DNA from: the human T2T-CHM13v2.0 reference genome, Homo sapiens
DNA length: 64,000 nt
Reading direction: 5' to 3' (one strand)
NCBI RefSeq assembly: GCF_009914755.1
Contig: NC_060935.1
Shown here piece after piece: positions 24,230 to 36,160 of the stretch. The notes under the pieces were generated by a model, which was given only the letters and a program-made list of their open reading frames with translations, ran no database searches and had not been told where the DNA came from. How positions within the stretch are numbered: position 1 is the first letter of the stretch; every line of letters starts with the position of its first letter. The position numbers and the translations under genes were made by a program.

Positions 24230-25560
24230 GAGATTAATTTTGATGCTTCAGCACCCTTTTTCTCTTTGCCACCAATCCTATCTATTGTTGCACTTTGACA
24301 CTCTCTTATCATCTAACTAGAGGATTTCTTACCCTACCTCCCTCATCTTGATCCTGTTATTTTTGACCTCCTGAGGTCTTCTGCCCCTGAAGAAAAAATA
24401 ATTCTCCAATGTGTTTGTCTCAGCCCATAGCCACTGCTCTGTGTTTGACTGACAGCAAACATTTAATAACTGTTCTTTTAAATATTTTAGAAGGGAGCTT
24501 TCCTTCTAAAAGTCCTCTGTTTCCCTCCTATAATTAATCCCAAACTTAAATTTTTTTAAAAAATTGGACTTTGGCCCCACGTCAAGAATATACTTCTGTT
24601 TAGGTTATTTACAACCCTATCAGTAAAACTTAGCCCATCAGAAATGGAAACTCATATTGGAAATAGTCTTGCTGTAATGTCAATTTCTTCCCTTCTGACT
24701 GCTTCGCCCAAAGTGTTTAACTCCACTCAGGAAAGCTTCCCACCATGAAGGGATAATAAAAACTGGATCCCTCATGTTGCAATAAATGACATTCCCAATA
24801 TAGTCATATAGTCTGTGCCCCACTGGGAATCTACTTCTTTTGTGGCCATCAGGCTTATACCCACATACCATATACTAACTTTTCCTGTTTTCAGGACAAT
24901 TTTTAGAGACTTTCAGATATTTAAAATTACCACCCCTCTAGTAGATCATGTTCCCTGAAAAGAATGTCCAGAAACTTTCAAAAAGAGGTGAGCAGAGGCT
25001 ACCTGAGAACTGTCAAAGGGGACAACCAACTCTTTCTTTGTGCACAGTGTACAAACTGCAATTCCCACAGTAGGGATCCTTCAGCCAGAAGGGATGGTCC
25101 AAAACTTCTCCCTGTCCCTACTAAGACAACATCAATTATGCAACTTCTGGCTCTGGAAGCCAAACCAACCAGTTTAAATGTATATGCATAAGCCACAGTT
25201 GTCAGGGGTGATCATATGGTCCTTAATTTGGTCTTAGTTAGCTGAGGGGAATTTACACAACAGCAAACCTTTCTTGCTGCAGCCATGTAGACACTACAGA
25301 CTCAAGTAGAACAGTCTGGAAGTAGGCTAAAAGAAAAAGCCACCTGGATCTCTAGAAAAAGATCAGCTGGATTTGGGACACATTTTCATTGTCTGGAGTT
25401 GATAATCCAGGCTCCTATCTTCAGGGCCTATTATAAGAACCAATAGCAATCTTTGTTTCTGGTCACTGCCTGTGTTGCAGCTGGCTGGTGTCTTCTATTC
25501 AGAGTCTTTAATGCTACTGTGCAGCTTTTGTCACATCAGAAGATTAAAAAACTCACCCTG
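24230..25560 (+). pseudogene. Retroviral env remnant (SU C-terminus and TM ectodomain), disrupted
   Basis: VCAPLGIYFFCG at 24811-24846. ATVVRGDHMVLNLVLVS*, then frameshift to GIYTTANLSCCSHV, then frameshift to QVEQSGSRLKEKATWIS (25192-25353): a decayed immunosuppressive domain plus CX6CC region. Confidence 0.75.
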
Positions 25561-27636
25561 CCACAAAAGGAGCAGGAGAGACTAACTCATCCAACGACAG
25601 ACTGCAGTCTCTGAACAACCTCCTAATCAGCAAAATGCTGGCAATGGTGAAGACCCGAATATCACAGATTCATGTTTTGCAGCTTGGCTTTGCCCTTGGC
25701 CAAAAGGGATCACTGGGGAAGAGAAAAGCAGCCCCTGCCAGGGACTGACTTGGCACTCTCAGTTAGTCCTTAGCGTTCTCCAAGTCACAAAAATGACCAG
25801 ACATCCTCTGATCCTGGCTAATACAAGTGACTGCAGCTTCTTTACCAATTATGGCCTTCGCCTCGCTCCATTCCTCCTGCCTTCCGGATAAAACATATTA
25901 AGACCCATTTCTTCCCTTTTCCCAACAGCATGCAATTCACAGCAAAGGCCTGCTTCCTTGAGTCCTTGAGTCCCAAAATCACCTAACCAAACTCAAATCC
26001 TATAAGAGGTCCTTTCTAACACCCTTTTGCCAACACTCTCCATGTTCCTCATGAGGTGCGTTTACCCTTTGTTGCAATGGCCAATAAACCAACTTTGTTC
26101 AGCTCAAGTGTGTTTCTGGTGGCCTTTGGCTGGAGGGTTAAATGCAATGACAGATACAGAAGCACCTTGACAAAAGGCAGACGTTGGAGTGTGCTATGAG
26201 ACGTGGCTCTGTTCAAGTGGGAAATTATATTAATATAGAGAGGAATTATTAGGCTAGCACTGAAAGTGAAAAAGGTATCTTGCAAGCATTTCTGGATATG
26301 ACCACGTTTAGGGCTGGAGGAAAGTGTTTTCTGCCTTTTTGCCAGACAGGAAAACAACTATTTTGATCAACAAGATAACCAGGGACCCGAATATGAGAAA
26401 GAGAAAGACATTAAGACTGCTGATGTTGTTGACTCGCCAGAGTGAGAGTGCCTGGGGCAGCGAGCAGGGGTTTGTGCAGAAGACAATGGCTGGGATCCCA
26501 TGGGGAAGGGCTTGAGGGCAGATAAATAATGTGTTCTGCCTGGGAGCTCGGGGATGGCTGGCACCCCAAGCAACACTGCCTGCTGCCCTCCTGCAGGTCT
26601 GATCAGTCTCCTGGTGGTACCTGCTAGCTGGCACGCCTTACAAATGACTGTGGCAGCCAGCCTGCCAGAAGGGAAATACTCCCCCATCCCATGCTCCAAC
26701 CCCCTACCCCACCTCACTCCCAGGGGTGGCAGGAGACTAAGAGTGAGCCAGGAGGGCTACCCACTCACTAAGCAGGAAAATGTTACCACCAAAACCATGC
26801 AGGAGCACAGAGAGGAGAGTCCATTTAAAAAGAAAGAAACCCATGATGATGACAAGAAAAATAGTTAATACACTTGAGAGTATAATGCCCTCCACAGCAT
26901 CAAAAGAACATATTCAGAGGAATTAGACAAAAATCTCCCCTCTTGGCAAAGAGATAAACACCACAATTCGGCAAATACAGGAGGATACACGGGGACTTCC
27001 CTAGCCAGACTCATTTCCTGAGCCCTCTCTATCTAACGTTTCTTCTGAGTCTTCGTGTTCACCCTATCAAACACCATACCAATCTCAGACTGAAGGGCCT
27101 TTGCATTTCATTATAAAATGACCATGAAGCAGAAGTAGCTCTTGTTTCAAAAATGTCTTGTTTGACAAATGAGAAAACTGAAGGCTAGCAAGATAACCCA
27201 GCTGATGATGACTGGAGTGTCCAGTCCAGGTTCTTTAACCCCAAATCTATTATCTGCTTTTTTTTCCCACCAATGTCAACTCAAACACAGCTTCTGAAAT
27301 CTGCATGGTCTAGACTGGGACCAGCTTCCCTTCTCTTTGACATGTTCTAGCATGGTGGGAACACCTGGGGTAAAACAGGTTAAAGCAGAAGTAAGCAGTC
27401 TACAGCGTGTCCAAGGCCTTTGCTATTAAGAAACATGTCAGATGCTGAACACGCATCTAGAGTATTATAGTCCAGGGCCTGGTTACCTCTTTTCCTTTCC
27501 TATAACATGCATTATGGATACATAATTACAGTAGTCAAGAAACTAAACCATTGGGTGGGCCAGCGCCCTTCTCCAGGGATTCTAAGAGTTATGTTTGCAC
27601 ATGCCTTATACCTTGTGAGTTATTTGGAATCCTCAC

Positions 27637-28223
27637 TATAAAAAGTAAAATAGAGGTTTCTCTTCAAAGACTTTCCTCCTCATCTAATTAGGAATAAATA
27701 GTAACTTCTTTTAGAAACAAAATTTATTCAAAGACCTGGCTAATGTTCTTAAATATCTGCTAGCCATAATAAAAAAATCAATATAATTTATGTTCTTAGC
27801 TCCCACAGTTTAGCCTAAATATTTGCCCTGACATACTTATACTAGTCCAAACAAATATTAGATCATAGCCTGTTTCTCTTCCTTATTTAAAGATGTTTTT
27901 ACCCTTCTGGACATTCTACAAGTTACTTCCTCCTTCTTTTGTTCTCCTCTGTCTTTGCCTCTTTTAAAAAGTTCTAAGTTACTAACCAATCAAAACAAAT
28001 ATAAAATATAAAGTCCTGTTCCAGCCAATAAAAACCAGACACAGCAGTAAGGTGGACACGTCAGGTTATAAATGACCCTGTCTCCTTTGTTCAGTATACT
28101 CTCATGACAAAACTACTGACAAATATACCATTTCTACAAAAAATAAAAATGTCCTTACTAAAAAATTAAATGTATTTTCAAGTACTATTTCTTTATAACA
28201 CCGAAAAACAAGTATTTCTAACA
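27637..28223 (+). mobile_element. LTR10C-like (HERV-I group) solo LTR, G-to-A hypermutated
   Basis: 587 bp, 4-bp TSD TCAC (27633-27636, 28224-28227). Starts TATAAAAAGTAAAATAGAGG (recalled consensus TGTAAAAAGTAAAGTAGAGG), ends TTTCTAACA; TATA box at 28067-28072. Confidence 0.9.
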
Positions 28224-29289
28224 TCACAAACCACACACTAGCCTGGATTTGTTTTTGCATCCCAAGCACTATTTCAGGTACCTTCAATTGCCATTGGTCA
28301 CCTAGCTTTCAGAATTTATTTTCCAAAGCTAAGTCTGCCATGACAGGTGCTAAGGTATCCCTTTGAAATTCTTGGCTTTTCTAGCTTGGGGTAGTTAGAC
28401 AGCCATCATGTTTCAATTCCTAGATTGCTTTTCAGGAAGTTTCTAACAGATCTCAGTTTGCATTTCTAGGTGGTCATTTTACAAGTTCAAACTCATATTT
28501 TTCATTGCTATTCCTTATACAGAGCTAAAGTGCTATGGGGGCTTTCTAGAAAAGTGACCTTTTAAAATGGAGTCTGGATCTCATTCTTAGCAGAAGCATC
28601 AAGGGAACACCTTCATAGCATTGCAAGGTCAGTGACTTAGGTCAGCATCAAACTCCCCACTTCCCATGCCCAGGCCTAACTTGGACTCACTCCCACCTAT
28701 GGGACCCTTGCTCTTTTTCAGGAACTGGAAAGGAGGTACCCCTCAGATACAGGGCCACAGGCAGATAGATTTAACCTCTAGATTCATCCTATGCCTCATG
28801 AGGCTGAGGCAGGTCCCTCCACTGGGCCTCAGTTTTCCCTAAATGTGTAACAGAGTGGGGTTTGGGCCACATGATCTCTAGGTCCTCTTCTGGCTCTGTG
28901 CTTCTATGACTTGGATTAAGAGAGGCAGATGAACACCTCAATAGAGGAAGACAGCCCAATTTTTAAAAATCAGATTGACTTTTGCCATTCAGGTCCATTA
29001 CCCCCTCCCTTTCCTATAGCTGCCAGCTGTTCAAACCCTCTAAACCCTAACCTCTTTAGGCAAACCAAATCTTGCCTAGATGGCTGCAGGGTCCTCTGAG
29101 ACACCTAAACCCTGCGAACCTTGACCAACCCTACCCCACCCTGCCACCTAATTGAAAGAGCCTCAGGAGCTCCACTGCCTTCAGAACCTAATTTCTCAGG
29201 ACAAAGACGTGCCCTTGAGGATGTGGCCTCTCCTCACCTTGTTGGGTGCACAGATACCAGCCTCCAAATATTCGCAATTCTCTTTTTGA

Positions 29290-29292
<3 letters not shown>

Positions 29293-29326
<34 letters not shown>
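29293..29326. repeat. (CT)n microsatellite
   Basis: About 17 CT units. Confidence 0.95.
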
Positions 29327-29328
<2 letters not shown>

Positions 29329-29619
29329 TGTCCTAACCCATGTTCCAGGTAAGAAAAAATTCTTCTCTATCCTAATGAGGGTGTTGCAGACACTCCACCT
29401 GTGACCCAGCCCCATCCCACAACTTGTCCTCCTATCTCCTCAGCTTGCTTCCCTACCAAGGCTCCAAGCTAGACCCAGTTCATGAAGGCAGAGAGGGTAG
29501 GTATCAGGCCGAAGTTGGTGGGTTCTTGCTCAAGGTTGGTATTTCAGAACTAAAATCTGCAAGTACATTTTTCCTTTTCTTTTTCTTCTTCAGACCCCTG
29601 ATCAGGAGGTGAGATTCCT

Positions 29620-30132
29620 TACACTTGGCCATACAACAGGATGAAATCCTGCCATTTATGGTAACATAGATGATCCTGGAGGTCATTATGCTAAGTGATA
29701 TAAGCAAGGCACAGAAAGACAAATACCACATGATCTCATTCCTATGTGGAATCTAAAAAACTTGACTTCATAGAAATGGGGAGTAGAATGATGGTTACCA
29801 GAGTAACCCTTAGGGGAAGTGGGAGAGAGGTATACGAAGAGAGATTGATCAACAAAGTATAAAGTTACAGTTAGGAAAAATAAGTTCTGGTGTTCTATTA
29901 CACAGTATGGTGACTATAGCTAACAATAATGCATTGTATATTTCACGATAACTAGAAGAGAGGATTTTGAATATTCTCATCACAAATAAATTATAAATAT
30001 TTACAGTGATGGATATGCTAATTACCCAATTTGATCATTATACTATGTATACATGCATTGAAACATCACACTGTACCCTATAAGTATGTACAATTATTAT
30101 ATGTCAATCATAAATAAAACTTTTTAAAAAGA
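29620..30132 (+). mobile_element. 5'-truncated L1MA-type LINE-1 3' end
   Basis: gaaatcctgccatttatgg...gcacagaaagacaaataccacatgatctca...tgtcaatcataaataaaa; degenerate TSD ending AGATTCCT (29604-29619, 30133-30148). Confidence 0.9.
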
Positions 30133-30309
30133 AGAAGTTAAGATTCCTAGAGGAAACTTCACCTCACCCTTTCTACCCCTACCCAAGCCAGTAGCCAGAG
30201 CACCTCACAACCAAGTTCCCAAAACCCATCTCCAGAATGACACGTGGGGCCTTATCCTCTTCAGGAAGAACAAAATGAGCCCAGGCTTCCCCCTTAGGAC
30301 CGCTATAAT

Positions 30310-30440
30310 GTGTTCAAATGTTTTCCGTCGAAGAAACTAAGCTGCACAGAGGTCGAGACTTGCCAAGGTTATACTGCCAGTTAGCAGCCAAGACCAGACT
30401 TCAAACCCAAATCATCTGACTGTGAGGGTTCTTTCTTGGC
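30310..30440 (-). mobile_element. MIR SINE
   Basis: gaagaaactaagctgcacagaggtcgagacttgccaagg...ttcaaaccca. Confidence 0.7.
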
Positions 30441-31769
30441 ATCCAACCCAGATTAGAGGAAGAGCTTATTTCTCTGGTTGCTGTGGGGTGTACCCCACAC
30501 TCAGGCTCCCGCCGGGATTGCCACAACTGTCCCTGCCGAGTCTGGCTGCCTCCAGGGATCTAAAACCAGGGACTTTGTTACCTTTTGTCCCTTGCTGTCC
30601 TCATAAGGTACTGATTGACTGATGGAGGCATGACTGGAAGACTGGCAGAAGCAGAAAGCAAAACTATGTCGCCCCCTGCCATGCGCCTGTACCTCTGTCT
30701 AGACTTCACAGAGGAAGGAGGAAGTCATCAACCCAGGCTACTCACCACTGCCTCTCACCCTTCCTCCCTCACGTATATTCCATTCAAAGACTGTGGATTT
30801 CCCCTAGGTCGACTTGAGAATTTTCTAGAGTTCCCAGTAAGCTGCTGAGGATGAATTGGGGGTTGGTGGAAAGGTCAGAGACAGACCTGAACAGCTCTCT
30901 TCCTAAGAGGCACAGGCAATCACTGGGCCTCGCCCGCCCCAGGTTGCCTGTTCTCTTCACCACCAATAAACTAGAGGGACCACGATCTCACAGAGTCTGT
31001 GAATAAAGTCATTCGGCAAAGGTCTGGTGGGCAGTCATCCTATACCAAGTACCAAGAAGATGCAGAGAAGTCTAATGCCTCCTGAACCCGCCCATCTCCT
31101 GTTTTGGCTATTGTCTGTTCACCCCAGTGCATGGGTATTGACAATCATTTCTTAAAGGAGTCTTCCTTCATCCAGTACTGTCCATGCTTTACAATATAAA
31201 ACCCAAATCACCCCTCACACCTGATCCATCTTCACACAAGTCCAAGGTCCCCAGGCACTTGAGATCACGCCACACGCCTGGAGTGACTTCTCTTGAGCAG
31301 GTTTGGAGTATGCTCTTACTGCTAACTAGCTTTGTGATTTGGGGCAAGTCTTTGACCTCATGGGCCCAAGGTTTGCTTATCTGAGGCTCCTAGAAAAGAA
31401 AGTCCAAACTCCTCAGCATGGCTGGCCAGGCCTTCCCCAAGCCAGCACCACCATCCGCTCCAGCCTGTTCTCTACTCAAAGGCCACAGTTTTTGCCTGTT
31501 TGTGTCTGACAGCACTCATTTCACTCCGAGTTACATCCAAGGGATCCGTTGCTAGGCCATCTCCCAGCTTATGTGTAAGCTCCTTGCGGGCAGAGCTCCT
31601 CTGAAGCACCTATAGAGCCCTGCACTGGGCGTGAGCAGGGCTCACTCAGCAGGGCCCACTCAGCAAGTGCTAGGTCGTCAACGACCTGTGGAATAAATAG
31701 CCAGCCCTCCCAAGCAGCTGCCTGCCTCCCTCCTCAAAAAAGTCTGTTGACTCCACAGATCCCAGAATC

Positions 31770-31910
31770 AGGCTTCTCAAATGTGCTGCATGGATGACCG
31801 GCAGCTGAAATACCTAGTGAGCTTGTTAAAGATTCAGGTTCCTCAGCTCCACCCCACACCTATGAAATAAGAATCTCTGGGGTGTGCTGACTCCAAGAGC
31901 CTCCCCAGGT
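31770..31910. mobile_element. MER5-type hAT DNA transposon fragment
   Basis: cttctcaaatgtg...gagcttgttaaagattcaggttcctcagctccaccccacacctatgaaataagaatctctggggtg. Confidence 0.7.
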
Positions 31911-32591
31911 CTGGCCCAGAGCTCCAGTGGACTCTAAAGCTAGGCCCTTCTGCAGGAAGGGGATAGACAATGTCCCATAAGCAGCCCAGGGTATAGATGG
32001 CAGGGGATTGAGGCAGGGGACAGGACTGAGATTCTGCATCTGCTAACCATCATTGCAAGTCCCTGATACTTGCCTTTCTCTAACCAAGTTATGACAGCAA
32101 AGGCACCACCTTCCTGCCCATCACCAGCAGCTAGCAGTTCTCTTATTGCTGCCTTCCTTCCCCGTCCCATCAACCCAACAGGGCTGGAACTGACTCTCAT
32201 CTTCAGTCAGCCTCTCCCTCCACCTAAGGCCTCATAGCTCTTCTTCCACTGAATTTAAACAGCTTCTTCTTCCCCAAGGCAAAGAAAAAAAGGGATTCTT
32301 TTCCTCCTACTCTTTCCACTGCCCACCAGCCTGCTAGGGTGTTTTCTAAAACCAATGTGAGAAGCGTTTTCAGTCACACACTTTATATCCCACCTAACTA
32401 AACCTCTGCTGGCTGTCCAGACAGACTTTCCTCCCATCCCCTGGGGCTTCAGACCCACAGGGCCCTCACAGACCTCTCAAGTCAAGTGTCAGTGGTGTGC
32501 TGGGCACCATCACAGGACTGGAAATACAAGTGCCCAGGTGAGGACCAGCTCCAGGTGGACCACGTGGCTCTGGGGAACTCTTGCGCCCCTC

Positions 32592-33108
32592 TGTTGGGAA
32601 TAACGTTCAAAATCCTAAGGAAATTGAACACTCAAACAAAGGATGCTTAGCAAAGCAATTTTGCTTCTGTGCAGAGGGTGCTTCTCCTTGGCCAGTCGCC
32701 ATGAGAGCACACCTGAACAAAGGGGCACGAGAGCCTTTAATCCTGACGCAAGTCCTGCCCCTGTACCCTTTCCCCGTTGGCCAGGGTCAGGTCGCACAAT
32801 CTGAACTAATCCCGGTTGGCTAAACATTTCAGCTTTTTTTTTTTTTAGATAAGGTGGGCACATAAGGGAGAGAGGGGAAAGGGGAAGGGGTGTCTGCAAT
32901 GAGCTAGAGAGCTGGTCTTCTTTCCAAATAAGGAAAGGAATGTCAACTGGTACTGATAATGCCTGGTACTGTGGTGTGTCTGGGCATGTAACAAAGGCAG
33001 AAAGGAAGAAAAAAAGAGAAAAAGGAAAAAGGGGTCGGGGGTACTATGAATTAAAGACTAAAGGATTGATCAGGCTATTTGAAGAAAAAAACCTCATCAT
33101 ATCCCACA
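32592..33108 (-). mobile_element. LTR10B-like (HERV-I group) solo LTR
   Basis: Reverse strand begins TGTGGGATATGATGAGGTT; TG..CA termini; 4-bp TSD CCTC (32588-32591, 33109-33112). Confidence 0.85.
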
Positions 33109-33439
33109 CCTCAGTCTCTGAAGAAGAAAGAATTTGAACCAGGTGAGCCCAGGGAAAATTTGGATTTCCTTTTGAAGAGGGATCTAATGCTAGAGTACTG
33201 GAATTCTCTAAGTTATTACTCCAGGACTAAGGGCTGCAGGGTGAGAAGACCAGAAGGAAAGAGCTCCAGCCACGAGGACAGAGCCCCAAAGCCCGGAGAA
33301 GTTGCCCTGATGGTGGTGGTCAGGACTCAACTTCACATTTTAGCGGATGCTACCCTGGGAGAAGCCAGGGGGCATTTTCCAGGAGAAGCAAGTACTGGGC
33401 CCGAGTGAGGCAATCAGAGCAAATGCTCACATCACAGTG

Positions 33440-33660
33440 ACTCTGAGGCAGGCAACGTCTAGCACCTGAACTCATTTAATCTGCAACACATCCCATAAGG
33501 AAGGCGTGATGATTATCCCATCTAATAATGAGGATGAGGAAACGGGCACAGGAAAGGCAAATAATTTGCCTAAGGCCACAGAACTAGCAGGTGGCAGAGA
33601 CAGAATTCGAACACAGGCCAAGTCGGTGAGTCGACACTCTCCACCACAATCTGTTCTCCT
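33440..33660 (-). mobile_element. MIR SINE
   Basis: ctcatttaatctgcaaca...ttgcctaaggccacagaactagcaggtggcagagacagaattcgaacacagg. Confidence 0.85.
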
Positions 33661-35689
33661 GTCACTCAAGGAAGACATACCCTCTCTGACAGTGTCCTTC
33701 AGCCCATCCTGCCTACCTCACAGGGGAGCGGAGCCATGCAACACTATTTTCGTGTAAGCTACCACCAGAAGCGTAAAGTCTTTGAGGTCTCAAGTCAAAT
33801 GGCCTATATTTGACAAGAGACCACACATAGATTTGTACATTTCAAGAATGGGTACCTAAGGCCTAGCCCTGGGCAACATGGCCAGGTTGGGAAAAAAGAT
33901 CTTTGGTGTCCCCTTCTTTCTTCACTCCATCTTTCTTCCTGGCATCCTGTTCATCTCTTCACGACAACCCCACCACCACCACCACTGCTGCCTTCTGTGC
34001 TGGGTGTAGAGAAGAACTGGACTTCAGTTTGAGTCCTATTCATTCTCCCAGCCTCTCTGAGCCTCCATTTCCTCACATCTGGCTGGCTTCTGGGCCTAGG
34101 AGCAACATCATCTAGTGGCTGGTGTCTGAGCTTAGGAAAGCCACCGAAGCTCAACTGCCACTGTGGCAGACACTGTCAGGCCCCCGCCTGCCAGCGTGTG
34201 AAATGGGGCTGTGCTGGGCTACCCGGGGGATTCAGGGCAATGCGTGGGAAGTGCTTGGGAGAGAGTCTAGCACCAAAGTCAGCACATTACCTCCATGTTC
34301 AGAAGTCGATTCAGTGCTCTTGGGAGCATGGCCTCATTTCACACTGTGGATGAAGCCACCTCCCCCGAGGAGATTCAGAGCTGAATGTCACACGGGGCCC
34401 AGCCTGGGAAAGCACTTCATGAGCAGCTCTCAGGTGGCCCGGGACCAACTGCCAGCTGTCTGGGGAATTTCTCACTAAGGCTGACATCCATTTTCCACAT
34501 TTCTGTCATCTTCCTTCCTCACCCTTAGGATTCCAGATCACCTTCAGATCCCTGTAGGAAGGCAAAATGCCTCCTCGAAGCAACTGCAAACCACACCCTG
34601 GGACAAAGTATCCCGAAAGCCACGGGGCCTCCTCCCCTCTGACACCACTTCTCCATCCCTGCCCATGCTGCTCAGAAGGCCGACTCTCATATCTCTTCAA
34701 CTCAAAACCTTGCCCTGCCTTCCAGGCCCCACTGGAATTACACTATTTTCAAGTGAAGAATTTCCCCGGGCTGAAGTGAACTGCCTGCTTCCTGAGCTCT
34801 CATGCCCCTGTCCTAGGATTCTGTGTGCCCGCCAGCCTCTAAGTGAGACAATGTGCTTCTTGAAGAGACCCCATGTCATGCTCTTTTCCTGAACCTGCTC
34901 ATCACCAGCCTGGGTCCTGGATATGTGGTAGTCATACCATCCATGCTTGATAAACAATATGGAACAGGAGAATAAACACAGTGGTGTGCTCTGGTCCAAC
35001 ACAAAAGTTAGCAAACAGCAAAGGTTGATTTCCCTGAAGAACCTGGATTGGGGTGTTTCTCTACACCATGGGCTCCTGGGCCCATGTAGAATCTTCCCAA
35101 CAATGCTGTGTCCTTCTCTCCCCTTTAGATCTGGACCTCAACCTCTTTCTAAAAATGTGGCTCTCCCTGCCTAGTAGACAACTGGCCTCTGCTGATTTTT
35201 AGTCTGCTTTGAGGCCAGTGTGAGGCTTTGCTTCCTCAGCAGCTGCTTCTTGGGAGAACTGGGAAAGAGGCTCCCATGGCAGCCTAGGATGGAGTATGAA
35301 GATTGTGCCCTTGGCTGTGATCCATCTTCTCAGCTTGAGCTGAGAGGTTTTGCCCAGGCAGGGCCTAAAATGGATGGGTCACAGGGCATATTAACAAATC
35401 CACGTTTAACAGAAGGTGGCCAAGAGAAGGTACCTCATGCAAAAGTCAAAGAGGCGGTCTCCTTGCTGGAGTGGCCTTTGGTTTTGTTGCATTGTTTTTT
35501 GGGGGGCGGGGAGGCAAGGAATAGAGAAATCTCTCAAAAGTGTCTCCCTGGCTACTTGTGAAAGGAAGGATAGGCCACAGGAAAGCACTGGACACTTCAG
35601 AAAAGAATGAAGGGTGAGGACTTTTTGCAGTTTTGTCCAGAGCTAGCGTTGCAGGTGGGTCTCTGGATTAGGCTCCACCCCTTATGTAC

Positions 35690-36160
35690 AAACAACTGGA
35701 AAATGTAATCATCTGAAACACAGACAAAGTGTTATGCACAAAGAGGCTGAGTCTAGTTTGTAATGGTAAAAAACTGACCAAAATGTCTGGTAAAAGTTGA
35801 ATAGTCAGATGAATAAGGACAGCTCCTTGGGATAGATTTTTATTAATATATTAAATTTCTTGAAGAATTTTCATGACACAGAGAAATGCATAAGCCATAA
35901 AGAGAAAAAACTTGCTGCAATACTATACCTACAGTATATGCAGGCTGCACCAAACCAGGAAAAAAAAACAGTGGTCAAACTCAGCGTGATAAGAAGGCAG
36001 GCCCAGGGGACCCCTAGAAATTGAAAGGGAAGAATAGTGGAGGCCACATCAAAGCACAGTGACATTCTGAGATCTTCTCTTATGTATTTATTTCTGTGTA
36101 TACATTTCCAAGTTTTCTATAATGAACTCATATTTCTTTCATAATCTAAGATCATATAAA
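35690..36160 (+). mobile_element. Old L1M (L1ME-like) fragment
   Basis: gtttgtaatggtaaaaaactg...tttctgtgtatacatttccaagttttctataatgaac. Confidence 0.55.

Larger units (their letters stand above)
23638..26152 (+). mobile_element. Decayed, internally deleted ERV1 provirus with MER67-type LTRs
   Basis: Short 5' LTR remnant 23638-23759, integrase C-terminus, env remnant, purine tract (aaaagggat) and 3' LTR 25714-~26152 (tggggaagagaaaagcagcccctg ... aataaaccaactttgttc). Confidence 0.8.

Noticed and set aside
24230-25560. Functional syncytin-like env gene
   Set aside because: In-frame stops and at least two frameshifts in the TM region, and loss of the first cysteine of CX6CC.
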